From: Saccostrea echinata | Taxonomy: Eukaryota | Assembly: GCF_033153115.1 (NCBI RefSeq) | Contig: NW_026889765.1 | Location: 4,216,001-4,280,000 of the forward strand | Length of the DNA stretch: 64,000 nt | Reading direction: 5' to 3' | In this document: positions 52,651-64,000 of the stretch, piece by piece | Layout: each line of letters begins with the position of its first letter | Numbering within the stretch: position 1 is the first letter of the stretch | Made by a program: the position numbers and the translations under genes | The notes under the pieces: model-generated | Databases searched by the model: none | Seen by the model: only the letters and a program-made list of their open reading frames with translations | What the model was told of the DNA's origin: nothing

Positions 52651-55600
52651 ATTTCTAGAGAGAGAGAGAGGGGAGAGAGATATATTGACACAGACACCGA
52701 TCGATAGCCCCACCTCCTATAAATATTGATTATATGTGTCCTAAAAACCACTCCGGGTACATGTCAAATTCTGGACAGCAACCCTAATGTATCGTTGCTT
52801 CAATTTTGATTCATGGCACCAAGGCATTGCTTTTGTACAAATGTTCTACCTAACATAATCATGTATATGTAGCTCTTTCTATTGCTTGTAAAATATTTTG
52901 GATTCACTTCATTTACTAATTCATTTAGACTAAAAGAGAATGACAAACAGGTTATCTTTTGTGTCCCTCTGGATTTGTATTCTATCTCACTGCAGCAAGA
53001 TTTATGAGTCTTGGATATATTTCTGAAATTAAAAAAGAAAGATTAATTTATAGCCATTGCCTGCAAGTAATGTCTTATCTTACCAATTGTCTGCTTCTTT
53101 ATGGAAGAATTATGTACAAATTAACTATATTTCCAACTTGAGATATCACTACTCTATAATATGCCATTATCCTTAACTATCATTGTTTGGATGCCATTCA
53201 TGTGCCTAGGGGTAATTTCCCTTGGTGGCCATTGCTTTTCTTTGGTTTATATATATGTCTTGAAACATTGCCACGTCAAATAAAGTTTTGCCCCAAAATA
53301 AGACAGTTTATTGTAAATGATGGTGAACAGTTCTGTAAACTAATTGATAAGCTGTTAGGGAGTTCACCTCAAAAAGTCAGAGAGAGCTTATGTTATTTGT
53401 ACCCTTGGGATTGTCATTCACATTCAAGGTTAAAGTGTTTGCAGCAAATCCATTTCCCAAGTAACTATAAGCCCAACTTGCACTAAACTTGCATGGATGG
53501 TGCATCAAGAGAAGGATACCACTAGTCATGCTTCAGTTGGTGCATCGGACCTAAGTATTTTCTAGATAAGTGGTCAGATTAAAATTATGGGGGTAGGTCC
53601 ATTCCCAAGCAAAGTGAACAGTACTGGAGGACCAAACTAACATGGATGATGCATCTAAGGATGCATACTACCAGACTTGATTTCCATATGACATCTTTGT
53701 ACATTTCCTGGATAAATGACCAGATAAAAGTTTTTGGATCATCCCCATTTCCTGGTAATTATTGCTCTTCCAGGACTACAATTTGCACAGAAGATATACA
53801 TCTAGGGAATTACACAAGACTTGCTTCAGATGTTGCAACTGATATATGTTCAGGTAACTGCCAAAGGCAGAGTTTTTGTAGCAGGTCTATTCCCAGGAAA
53901 CTATAAGGGCTACTTGACCAAACTAGCATGGATGATACAGCTAGGAATTCAACACTACCAGACTTGCTTTGGATATTTTATCTGACCTTAGACTAGATCT
54001 TTACAGATGAGTTGCCAAAGTAAAATCTTTGAAGCAGGTCAATTCCCATGTAATTGTAAGCCCTATACTAGGAACAAACTTGCATGAATGATGTATCTAG
54101 AGATGCTAATAAGAGCAAGTGACATGTATTTTAATTTAGTTGAGAAATTAATGAAAAGCCTACAATAATGATAAACTAGCATGCATTATTAAATGGATCT
54201 CAAAAAGCATTCATTTTTCCTACAATGAATGTGAGCTTTAATGTAATATTTTAACATTTTGATTATAGAATATCATTTTGATATTGAAGTAATTTTGAAC
54301 ATTTATAACATCTGATACAAAACATTAACTTGGTGATAAAGGGAAATGGTATATTGTGGATGAAGTAATTTTGATTTAAAAAAAGAAATTCAAAGAAAGA
54401 AAGAAACTCATTAACGAAGTAAATTAAGAAGCAAAGAGGTAATATATATATTAGGGATGGGTATCGGCAAAAATTTCTTATCATGATTTTCCCAAAAATA
54501 TCAGGATAAATCGTGATATTTAACACACAATTTTTACAACAATTTCAAATGAATTTCCGTAATATTTCTTAAAAATATGCTATAAAAACATAACATTATT
54601 TTTCCAGTTTTTATTTATTTAATATAAAGCATGTTTGGATGCTGTTGTTTAACTGTTTTCAATATTTTTTACACTTCCTGTAATTGTCATTCAATAGTTT
54701 GAACGAATAAATGAATAATTTCCAGAATGTATAGTTATGTACCAAATGCCGGTATTTTAGTCTCTGTATCACAATACGTATCACGCAATAAAAAATTGCG
54801 ATATACCGGTATACCGATAAAATCGCGCATTTTGGGGACTTGGGATCTGTCTTTTTTGGGGACTTGGGATTGAACACTGAATTCTACTTGACTTAATTAA
54901 AACCTCTAAAGGAAGCTTGGTGGTGACACATGATTTACCGTGACTTATGTTCGGAAAATCAATACATTGTTGGACATATTACCATTAATGATTCCTCTAT
55001 TGTTGTATTGATTCCTGCTAGATCAACATCAGATGCTAGGAAAAGCATCACACTTTAGCAATATCCCAGGTAACCCGCACAAGGTGAAATCCTGTAAATC
55101 GTTTCTATCTGATGGCGTTTATTGCTGGATAAATATAAACAATTACGTGCTCATCAATACCTCATCTTATGGTAATTGTAAGTGTTTTTTGGTTTAAGTA
55201 ATTTTTATTATGTGGTGATTTATACAGTGTGAAAAACTATTAATGCTGGTTACATAGTATTTATTTTTATTCTTGCCATTTAGGCAAACTATTATGTGTC
55301 AATCTGTCATCATGTTATATTCTAGGTACAACTGTATCTATTTTGTTTATTTATTTTCAGTACCATTCGGATTAATTCATTATGGATGGTGTTAGTTGAT
55401 TTCTAGAAGTTTTTCAAGGTAAGCTTTAATTGTAAATTTTTATATAATTATAATAAAAATTCTTATTGTTATCTTGTTCTTTTTTTTTTTTTTTTTAATG
55501 ATTTTTGTGTCTGTGTTTGATTTATACATGTTGGCTAGTAGGATTGCTTTATACTTTTAGAATTTAAAAAAGGTGAATTGAAAAATGATTTTTGCCAGTT

Positions 55601-58011
55601 TTTGGGGGGAAAAAACTAAGAGTTAAAATTAAATTAGCCAAACATTTCACAAAATAATTAATATTTTATTTGTTTTCAACTAAAATTCATATAGTGAGTA
55701 GAAATGTTAAAAAATCTTTTAATTTAAAAAAAATTTAACTAAATCAAACTCATAATTTTTGATTCATATACAATCAGCTAATATCTTTTTATCCCCATGA
55801 TAGGAGTGCACTGAATTAAAAATACTGAAGACTACAAAATGAAAATTTTCAGTGACCAGAGCATTCGAGTGACAGTATTTTATTGAGTGATGTTGAATCT
55901 ATATATACATGTACCGGTATATACCTGTGTGCCTTGGTAAATCTCAGTAGGATTAGTTATTGACTCTGTGTTACAGGTATGCTTCATATAGAACAGCAGA
56001 CTGATAAATTAAAAAGATGATGTTGTAGAAAGATGTCAATACAGAATAGAATAAATGTAAGCTTGACAATTACAAAATGGCCAGCCAGAAGAGTATTTAA
56101 AACCCTACATGTGCATGTTGAGAGTACATGTATAACATTTTATATTTACATTGAATATTATTATACATGGAAACATTTATGCAACATTAACGGCATAAGT
56201 GTATCAGGAAAAAAAAAACTGTAATTTGCTTTTAATTAAGTTTTCCAGCAATCTTTGTAAAAATGTCTTGCTTCATGAAAGGAGGAGAGCCAGAAACCTG
56301 TCTACTGTTCATCTTTTCTTCCATATGAATCAATAGGTGGATACCAAGTTTGTATAATCTGATATGCCTGCATCAAATTTCTTTCAGATTTTCGCACATT
56401 TTTGCACACTGATTTATGAGTGATGAGTGACCATCTTGCACTTGCATTAAAAACATATTGTAATGAGCATATTTTTTAGTTGACAATCAAATGTTATATT
56501 ATTTTGAGCAAACCAGGTCCTGGCCAAAGTAAGGACTTGTTTATGAAACAGGGACACAGGGAAATAAGGGACCATCCATGTACTCAATACCTGTGTTTGA
56601 CTCTTAGTGGACTACTTGAATTAGCTTAGCTAAAATTCTTTTGTACATCTGTACTTATGTATTTATAGTGCAGGGAAGCAGTGATACTGCATGGTTTTCA
56701 AGTCCAACATTGAAATGGGGAAAGGGGGGTACAGGGTTCCCAAGTACTGGTACATCTATTCCTATCATTTAAGTTTCCACACAATAAAATGCATTTGTAT
56801 TAGAATGGCTTGGGGTTAGATTTTCTGTGTGGTTTTTGGAGCAGGTCTATTCCCAAGTAAATATAAGCCAAATATCCTGACCAAACTTGCATGGATGATG
56901 CATCTAAAAATGCACACTACCAAAATTGCTTCAGATGCTGCATCTAACCTATACTTTTCCCAAAATGAGTGATAAGGTAAATTTTTTAAGGTAATAATTT
57001 GTCCTACCTTGAAAATTGCAATGGTGTTGCATAATATGTATATCCTGAATGATTTTTTATTGTGCAATATGTATCTTGATACAGAGACTAAAATATTGTT
57101 ATTTAGTAATGTTATTATAAATTATGGAAATAATTATTTTGTTAGTTCAAACTTTTGAATTACAATTACCGAAATTGTGAAAAATGTTGTAAAACAATGG
57201 CATCCTAGCATCCAAACTAGCTTTATTAAATATATATATAGTATAAATATTCTTTAAAAAGTGAAGTTATGTTTTCATAATTATTCAAATACATTTAAAA
57301 TCATAATAAAAATTGCATATAAAAGTATCATGATATTATCATTATGATATTTTTTGTGGAAAAAATCTTGATATATCACAATACAATTTTTTTTTCACAA
57401 TACCCATCCCTAGAATTGCAAATTTATCAATTTAGATAAGGGGCTTAGAGAAAGTAGCACTTGTTGGTTACTAGCTGGTAAATTAATTTAATCAACCAGA
57501 CTAATTTAGAATTGAAACAGGTTATAGTAGTGTACAAGTATGAGTTCATAAGAATTTTGTGATAATATGAAGTCTGAGTTTCTCTCAGAGTGATTTGACT
57601 CAAATTTTGACAATATTGAGTTGCTTAAGTAAATTCCTAATATATTGATTTATGGACAAAAATAACAGGCTACTAATGAGAATGAATTTTGTTTCATCTT
57701 TGTGAGAAAGCATATCATTGCACTTAGATATATAATTTTTGCATACCTTCCTATCAAAAATTAGAAGGGTTACTATTTAGTTATCATTACAAAATCTTCA
57801 TTTTTGCTCCAAGACAATGTTGCAAAATTATATGTAAAAGAGAGGTTCTTGCAAATTAAATTTCAGCTATAGTATTAAAAAAAAAGCAAATTGGTCAATA
57901 TTGGTACATGTAACTAGTTGATATCTTTGACACTTTCTTAATAGGAATGAGTTCTGGGGTTTGATTCTAACTTTAAATGAAAGCAAAGTTCAGAATAAGT
58001 TTTTTTTATTA

Positions 58012-58700
58012 GAATTCCTATGGGTACTTAATACATGTATTGTGCCCATTTATTAGCAGACCTGTTTTTTTTTTTTATTCATATGAATCAGAACTTATTC
58101 AAAAACTTTTACATGAAAAGAAGTCTCTTGTTGTGGCCTTCAATTCAACATTTAGATATATTGATGACATTTTATCAATTTAACAATATTCATTTTCACT
58201 CCTAAGTTGCTTCAAAATATTTGTTTGAACTTGAAATAAAAGACACCACAGAGTCTGATACATCTGTTTCATATTTGAATACTTTACTAGAGAAAGACAT
58301 TAATGGCAAACTAACTGCTAAAATTTTTGATAAACTAAGTTATACTAGGATATCAACAATCTTGTATAAAGTCAACATTTTGCAAATCCTATGGTCGATA
58401 CAATGACCTTGTTAGCAAATGCAATCTATTGTTAAGTCAAATGTTGACTTAAGTTTTCATACAAATTGTTAGACCATTATTTTCAAAATGTTGACTTAAG
58501 TTTTCATACAAATTGTTAGACCATTATTTTCACACTGAATTGTCTATGGATTTTCTGTTTAACCTAGCAAGACAAGGAGCACAAGGTGTGACAGGGGATG
58601 CTTACTCCTCCATGGCACCTGATCCCATCTCTAAAGATTTTAAAGGTCTGTGTATGCTCTGCTCAAAATTAAATTGTTCCAATTGACTTCTGAGCTTGAT
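58012..58700 (+). mobile_element. Decayed Penelope-like retroelement reverse-transcriptase fragment
   Basis: Frameshifted translation gives IPMGT..CAHLLADL...YSYESELIQKLL..KSLVVAFNSTFRYIDDILSI...ELEIKDTTES..SVSYL, matching GIPMG/YIDD-type RT motifs. Confidence 0.75.
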
Positions 58701-60949
58701 TACTGTTTCTTATCTTCATATTTCATGAAGAAGATGAATTTGTGTCATTCATCAGTCAAGCAAAAATATTTTACTGCATGAAAATGGTAAAATGATTCAG
58801 TTGTCTTCTATGGAACATCTTTGACAGATAGATCTCATGAATAAGTGTATATACTTGTTGGTCTTAAACATATTTAGTCAAGAAAGTGGTGGGATTTGTG
58901 GCTTATTGGCTGCTAATTAACTGCTAATGATGTCACATAGACCAAGTAATGTCAATATGAGTGCCTTAATTATTAAATGAACCTCTTCACATCAAATGTG
59001 CCTATAGAAGAAAATCAACTAACTTTTGGATGCACCTTCTTTTTATTTTAACATTTTTTTTCCTTCAGAAAATGGGAAAAAAAAATCTTATCCTACCCCC
59101 CTTTTTTGGGGGGGGGGGATTGGAAACAATTTGGGTAACTAAATCCTGATTGTCATCCATAACAGATCCTTTTCCAAAGTTAGGAGATTCTGCATTGCCC
59201 CGTGGCAGACCATGTACATAATTTCCATGAAATCTGTTGATAAGTTTCATATAGATACTTTTGAGCAGGCAGACAAGCAATGCAGACAGTTGAATACATT
59301 TACTTGCAACATCTGTGCCATTCAGGAATGAAATATGTACATTAAGGAAGCTCTAAACACTAATGAAAAATGCTTTTTGGACTTTTAGAAAAATATATCA
59401 TATAAAGGTGCACATATTCAGTGTATCTAGTTCATTTTCAACATAGGATACCTGCCTTATTTCTGAAGAATAAATGTTCAAAGACTATGAACTACTTGTG
59501 AACAGAAATCACTGTTGTTTACTTGCATCGGGAAAATTAATGGAAATAATGTATTCAATTACTTTATCTTGGTCTAACATAACATTAAGAATCCTTTAAT
59601 TCATAAGAAATTGTGTCATTAACTGTAGATTCCCATTTATCCTATTTTTCTTCTAAGGGCAGATCACTCTAACTTAATAAAACTACCCTACAAATAGAAC
59701 TCTTTAGTGTGCAGTGTTTAGAGCTTCCTTAATTAAGATAGATATAGTACACATAATATACTTATTGGTTAAGTATGCAAGGATAAGGACAAACATAATA
59801 TTTATCAAGATAGCTTTTGTCTGCCCCACGTGAAATGCATCAATATATCCAATGGCAACTGATTTTAATTCCTGGAAATGGAGACATTTTATTGATCCTG
59901 GTATTTTGAAGATGAAAGTTGCAATCCTTTAATTACTGAAAAACTTGCTTAAGCATCATGTCATTTTCTGTGCTAATGATCTTGTTTTTGCAAAGGTTAC
60001 AAGAATATATGTACTACACTAATGGGAGATTTTTTTTTCATTTGTGTTAGTTGCAAAAGTTACTCTTTAAGGTTGCTTTCTTCATTAAGTCATTCTCAAA
60101 TGCTGAATACACAGGTATTCATTAATTTTGAAGAAAAATGAGTGACTGAAAGATAGCCCTGCAGATTGAAATATTTTCAGCATTTGCAAAAAATCACACT
60201 TTGATGCAGTGGTAGTTTACAACTTTGAACTGATCTTAAAACAATTCATGGAAAGAAAAAAAAACTTTTTAAGGTGTCAGATTTAGCACAGTTGCAATCA
60301 AAGTTCTAAAAGTTTTGGGGCTATATACAACAGTTAATTTGTGACCAAACAGTTACTTCTTAAATGAAATAACAAAGAAGACCTGAGTTCTGGTCAACAT
60401 AATAATTGATTGGTAATAATTCAGCACAATGTGAAGTCATTATACTTGTATCCATGCCTCACTGCACACATGGACACATGGTGTGAACAGTTACTCTAAC
60501 AATGGAAATACATCTTTTGCTTAAAAGTGTTCAAAAGCAGCAATGTTTAAACTATCTTTGCACTGGGTTGCTTTTTTAGAACTCCCTAATATTAATATTA
60601 GTAGTCTCACTCTTGTGATTTTTGTCTATTTTAAATAAAGAGCAAAATCAAGGAATCAGTTTTTTTCTTAATTCTCTCCCTCTCCTTCTCTCTCTCTGTC
60701 CTCTCTCTATCTATTCTTTAAAAAAAACACACATCATATTGTATTAACTTCAATGTATAATATTGTAAAAGAGATGTGAATTAAAAAAAAAGGTAGGTAA
60801 CTAAACCTGTACTGATTGTACAGATATGTTATGTTACATTCTGACAATTTGGTTTTAGAAAACAGCCTTGGGTGCAAGGAATTCAAATTTGAGTATTTGT
60901 CACTGTGTACACCTTAGATTACACCTGTCTGTGTATTAGCTAGGCATAT

Positions 60950-61375
60950 CTGGATGAGTAATACTCACCAGATACACCTTTTTGGGTGAGTACAATTCAC
61001 TAGGTAGACATTGTTCAGTGACTACTACTCACTGGGTAGACCTATCTGAGTGAGTACTGCTCACTGGGTAGACCTATCTGAGTGAGTACTACTCACTGGG
61101 TAGACCTATCCAGGTGAGTACTACTCACTTGGGTAGACCTATCCAGGTGAGTACTACTCACTTGGGTAGACCTATCCAGGTGAGTACTACTCACTGGGTA
61201 GACCTATCCAGGTGAGTACTACTCACTTGGGTAGACCTATCCAGGTGAGTACTACTCACTGGGAACACCTATCTGGGTGAGTACTACTCACTGGTAGACT
61301 TATCAGAGTAAGTACTTGTCAGTGGGTAGGTCTATCATGAGTAGTACTCACTTGGGTAGGCCTATCTGAGTGAAT
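60950..61375. repeat. 32-33-bp palindromic minisatellite (~13 units)
   Basis: Unit ACTACTCACT(T)GGGTAGACCTATCCAGGTGAGT, with homogeneous core units between 61088 and 61250. Confidence 0.9.
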
Positions 61376-61588
61376 TCTTTTTACAGGGTAAATCCATCTG
61401 GAATAGTACTTGTCACTGAGTATATAGTATGTACCTGGGTAATTGTATTGTCACTAGATATTACATACATGTCTGACTGAGTAACTGCATCAATGTTTAT
61501 TAAATGAAGATCTACATGTACACTGGGCAGTGAAAACATTGTCATATATTCTGACAAATTATATATGAATTCAGAGAACTTTTTAAAA

Positions 61589-61633
<45 letters not shown>

Positions 61634-61945
61634 CTGTTGAAGTTTTTTTTTAAAATCAATACCAGGTGCGTATTAACAAACAGGTCCAAGGATAATTACT
61701 AAGGTTTTGCTTTGAAGTGCATGTATAAGATCTTAGGGCTATTTGAACTGTTTATGAAGTTAATTGGTTGTAAATAGTTATACTGCAGCAATTGAGACTT
61801 AGTTAAGTATACATAGTAGGGAGCCAATCATGGTGAACAAGATAATTAACTGGTAATTATTTGTAACAGTATAAACTTATCATACTTATCTATGCCTCAC
61901 TGCACACAAAATGGAGAAGTTAGCCACAGAGCCTTTTGCAATGGA

Positions 61946-62217
61946 TTGTGATATATGTGTTAATGAAGTTGGATAGCTTATGGCTAAAAAGTTGTATCAT
62001 ATATAGATATCTTAAGCTAGATGCAGAGATTTTTTACTTTTAACCGGAACCACTGAGCCATTCTTAATGAAATACAAAATTGTGATATCTGTGTTCATGA
62101 AGTTGGATAGCTTATGGCTAAAAAGTTGTATCATATATAGATATTTTAAGCTAGATTCGGATATTTTTTTACCTTTAACCGGAACAACTGAGCCATTCTT
62201 AATGAAAATACAAAATA
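61946..62217. repeat. ~135-bp direct tandem duplication
   Basis: ATTGTGATAT.TGTGTT.ATGAAGTTGGATAGCTTATGGCTAAAAAGTTG...GAGCCATTCTTAATGAAA occurs twice. Confidence 0.8.
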
Positions 62218-63849
62218 TACCAGGGTTAAGGGAATTTTGATTTATGTGAAATTTAAATTGGGCCACTCTTTTGTGGCCATACTTGCACTTGAAAAAAAAG
62301 TTGGTTTACAGTGTTCTTTATATATTCCCTCCATGACAATTGATACTAAGCAATATGAGAAGAACCTAATACAAAGTATTCTTGGACAAAGATTATTTCA
62401 GATAATAATATTCTAGTCTTACACCATTTTGCAAAGGGAGATCATTTAGAAATTAAAGAAAATCATTTGTGTTCATTGATGATATTTCCCACAACTATAT
62501 TACCATTTTCAACAAAATATGATACAAGGTATTCTTGATTAAAAGGGGAATTCTAATTTGCAAGTTTCAGAACCTTGCTCTTTTTGCAATGTTATGTTCA
62601 ATTTGAAATCCTCTCCTGCAAAGTACAGAACCGTTTTAAAAACTTTGGATGCAGAATGATATCAGGTGAAGGAAATTCTAATGGAAAATCAAGGGCTACC
62701 CAGCTTTTCAAGAGTATATAATTAAGAAGATTTAATTAAGAAATTACAAAATTATCATATAAGGTCATTTGAAAATTTGAAATGGAAAAAAATGGCTTTT
62801 AAAAAAATTAAATGATAAAAATACGAAGTGTCCATGCATTTAGTTTTACAAATATTGTCCAGAACCATTGAGTTATATTCTTAATGAAAATCCAAATATC
62901 CCAGGGTTAAGAGAATTTTGATTTTTGTGAAATTTATATTGGGCCACACTTTTGTAAGTGGAATATTTATATGGAAAACTTGTGTAATGTAGAATTAAGC
63001 TTGCTCAGATCATGCTCATAGGTTATACCAGGGCTCTATAATGTGGTCTTCTTCCTATACTCCTGATTTACATACATGCTGAAGGCTAATAACAGAGCAC
63101 TAATTCTTTTATTCTATGAGCCCTATAACAGGCAATCTTGTTATCTTTTATACCAAGAATTCAAATAAGATTTATTTTCTGTCTGAATTTCAGTGACTTC
63201 TGTATATTTTTAGGGATTTTCTTCCTATGCCATTAATGAGGATTTGGCAGCAGCCGAGTTCGTTTACTAATCGGAATGCTTGTTACATTCATCATGGTTA
63301 CCTGCAGAATTACAGGAATATAGGAAGCCTCAGGTATTAACATCAGTGTGTACACTGGTGTGACACCCAGATCATCAATGTTTCTCATTAAACAACACCA
63401 AGTCCTATAGCTTCGATTTTCTCTTAAGCCTTTCACTTTTTTTTTTTGAAGCATCATTGGTTGTCATGGTGATTCGTTCTTAAATCCCACAATGCTTTTA
63501 GTGATTTAGTTCTGTAAAAGTGCATGAATGCAGAGTGCCTTTTATGAATGTAGAAATGAATAAAGAATTTTAGAAATTTTAAGCTCTGAATGTTTTTTCC
63601 CCCAAAATATTCAAAATTATGTTTGTAGAGAATAAATAATTAAATTTCACATATTGAATATTTATTTAGTGGAAATAATGAAGTTCACAGTTATTAAAAC
63701 ATTATTGATTATTGATAAACATTACTGATTATTGATATACATGTACAGAGTATATAGAATTGCTTTGATTCATTATTTTCATTTACAAAGGAAATACAAT
63801 ATTTGGTGACAACTTCATCGATTCACATTACAGGTGAATTAATTAAAAG

Positions 63850-64000
63850 ATGAATAGGGTGGTGCCACTGAATGTACCATTAGCAAAGAAAGATAATGCA
63901 TCCAAAGAAGAGAAAGAAACAAAACCTTCAGTCAAAAAATCAGAGGAGCATAAGGCCTCATCTACCAATATAGAGAAGCTACCAAAGAAGGGCTCAGGAG
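63850..64000 (+). CDS. N-terminus of an unidentified protein (partial, runs off the window)
   Basis: Acceptor CATTACAG at 63833, then ATG at 63850 opening MNRVVPLNVPLAKKDNASKEEKETKPSVKKSEEHKASSTNIEKLPKKGSG with no stop to the window end. Confidence 0.5.
   Translation, partial: MNRVVPLNVPLAKKDNASKEEKETKPSVKKSEEHKASSTNIEKLPKKGSG

Noticed and set aside
54452-57412. Single 3-kb element bounded by TAGGGATGGGTAT inverted repeats
   Set aside because: No target-site duplication; the ends may belong to two separate short elements.
58580-58640. Hammerhead ribozyme at the end of the Penelope-like relic
   Set aside because: No intact CTGANGA...GAAA core is visible.
60950-61375. CRISPR-like array of ~33-bp palindromic repeats
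   Set aside because: Units are contiguous with no unique spacers, there are no cas genes, and the context is eukaryotic.

Overview
Eukaryotic, AT-rich, intron-containing animal DNA. The repeat content (~168-bp satellite and CvA/pearl-type non-autonomous Helentron-like elements, tRNA-derived SINE, Penelope-like RT relic) points to an oyster or other bivalve; this is inferred, not searched. I assembled the spliced gene models by hand from splice signals and reading-frame phase. In order: the 3' part of a copine (+); a 5-coding-exon TMPPE-like transmembrane metallophosphoesterase (-); a recent tandem duplicate pair of genes with an N-terminal CBM20 glycogen/starch-binding domain (+), of which copy 2 has a TGG>TGA nonsense change; an older tandem pair of membrane-anchored JmjC/cupin-like 2OG-oxygenase genes (+); an orphan gene with a divergent KH-like GxxG domain and a probable GC-AG intron (-); and the start of an unidentified gene at the right edge. 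Introns and intergenic DNA are dense with nested MITEs, a TTAA Kolobok-like element and a solo LTR. The most unusual signals are a tandem array of duplicated splice acceptors in the copine gene, a palindromic minisatellite built from consensus 5' splice sites, the CBM20 pair with a conserved ACGTCA cluster, and the KH-like orphan. Most short ORFs in the supplied track are spurious.
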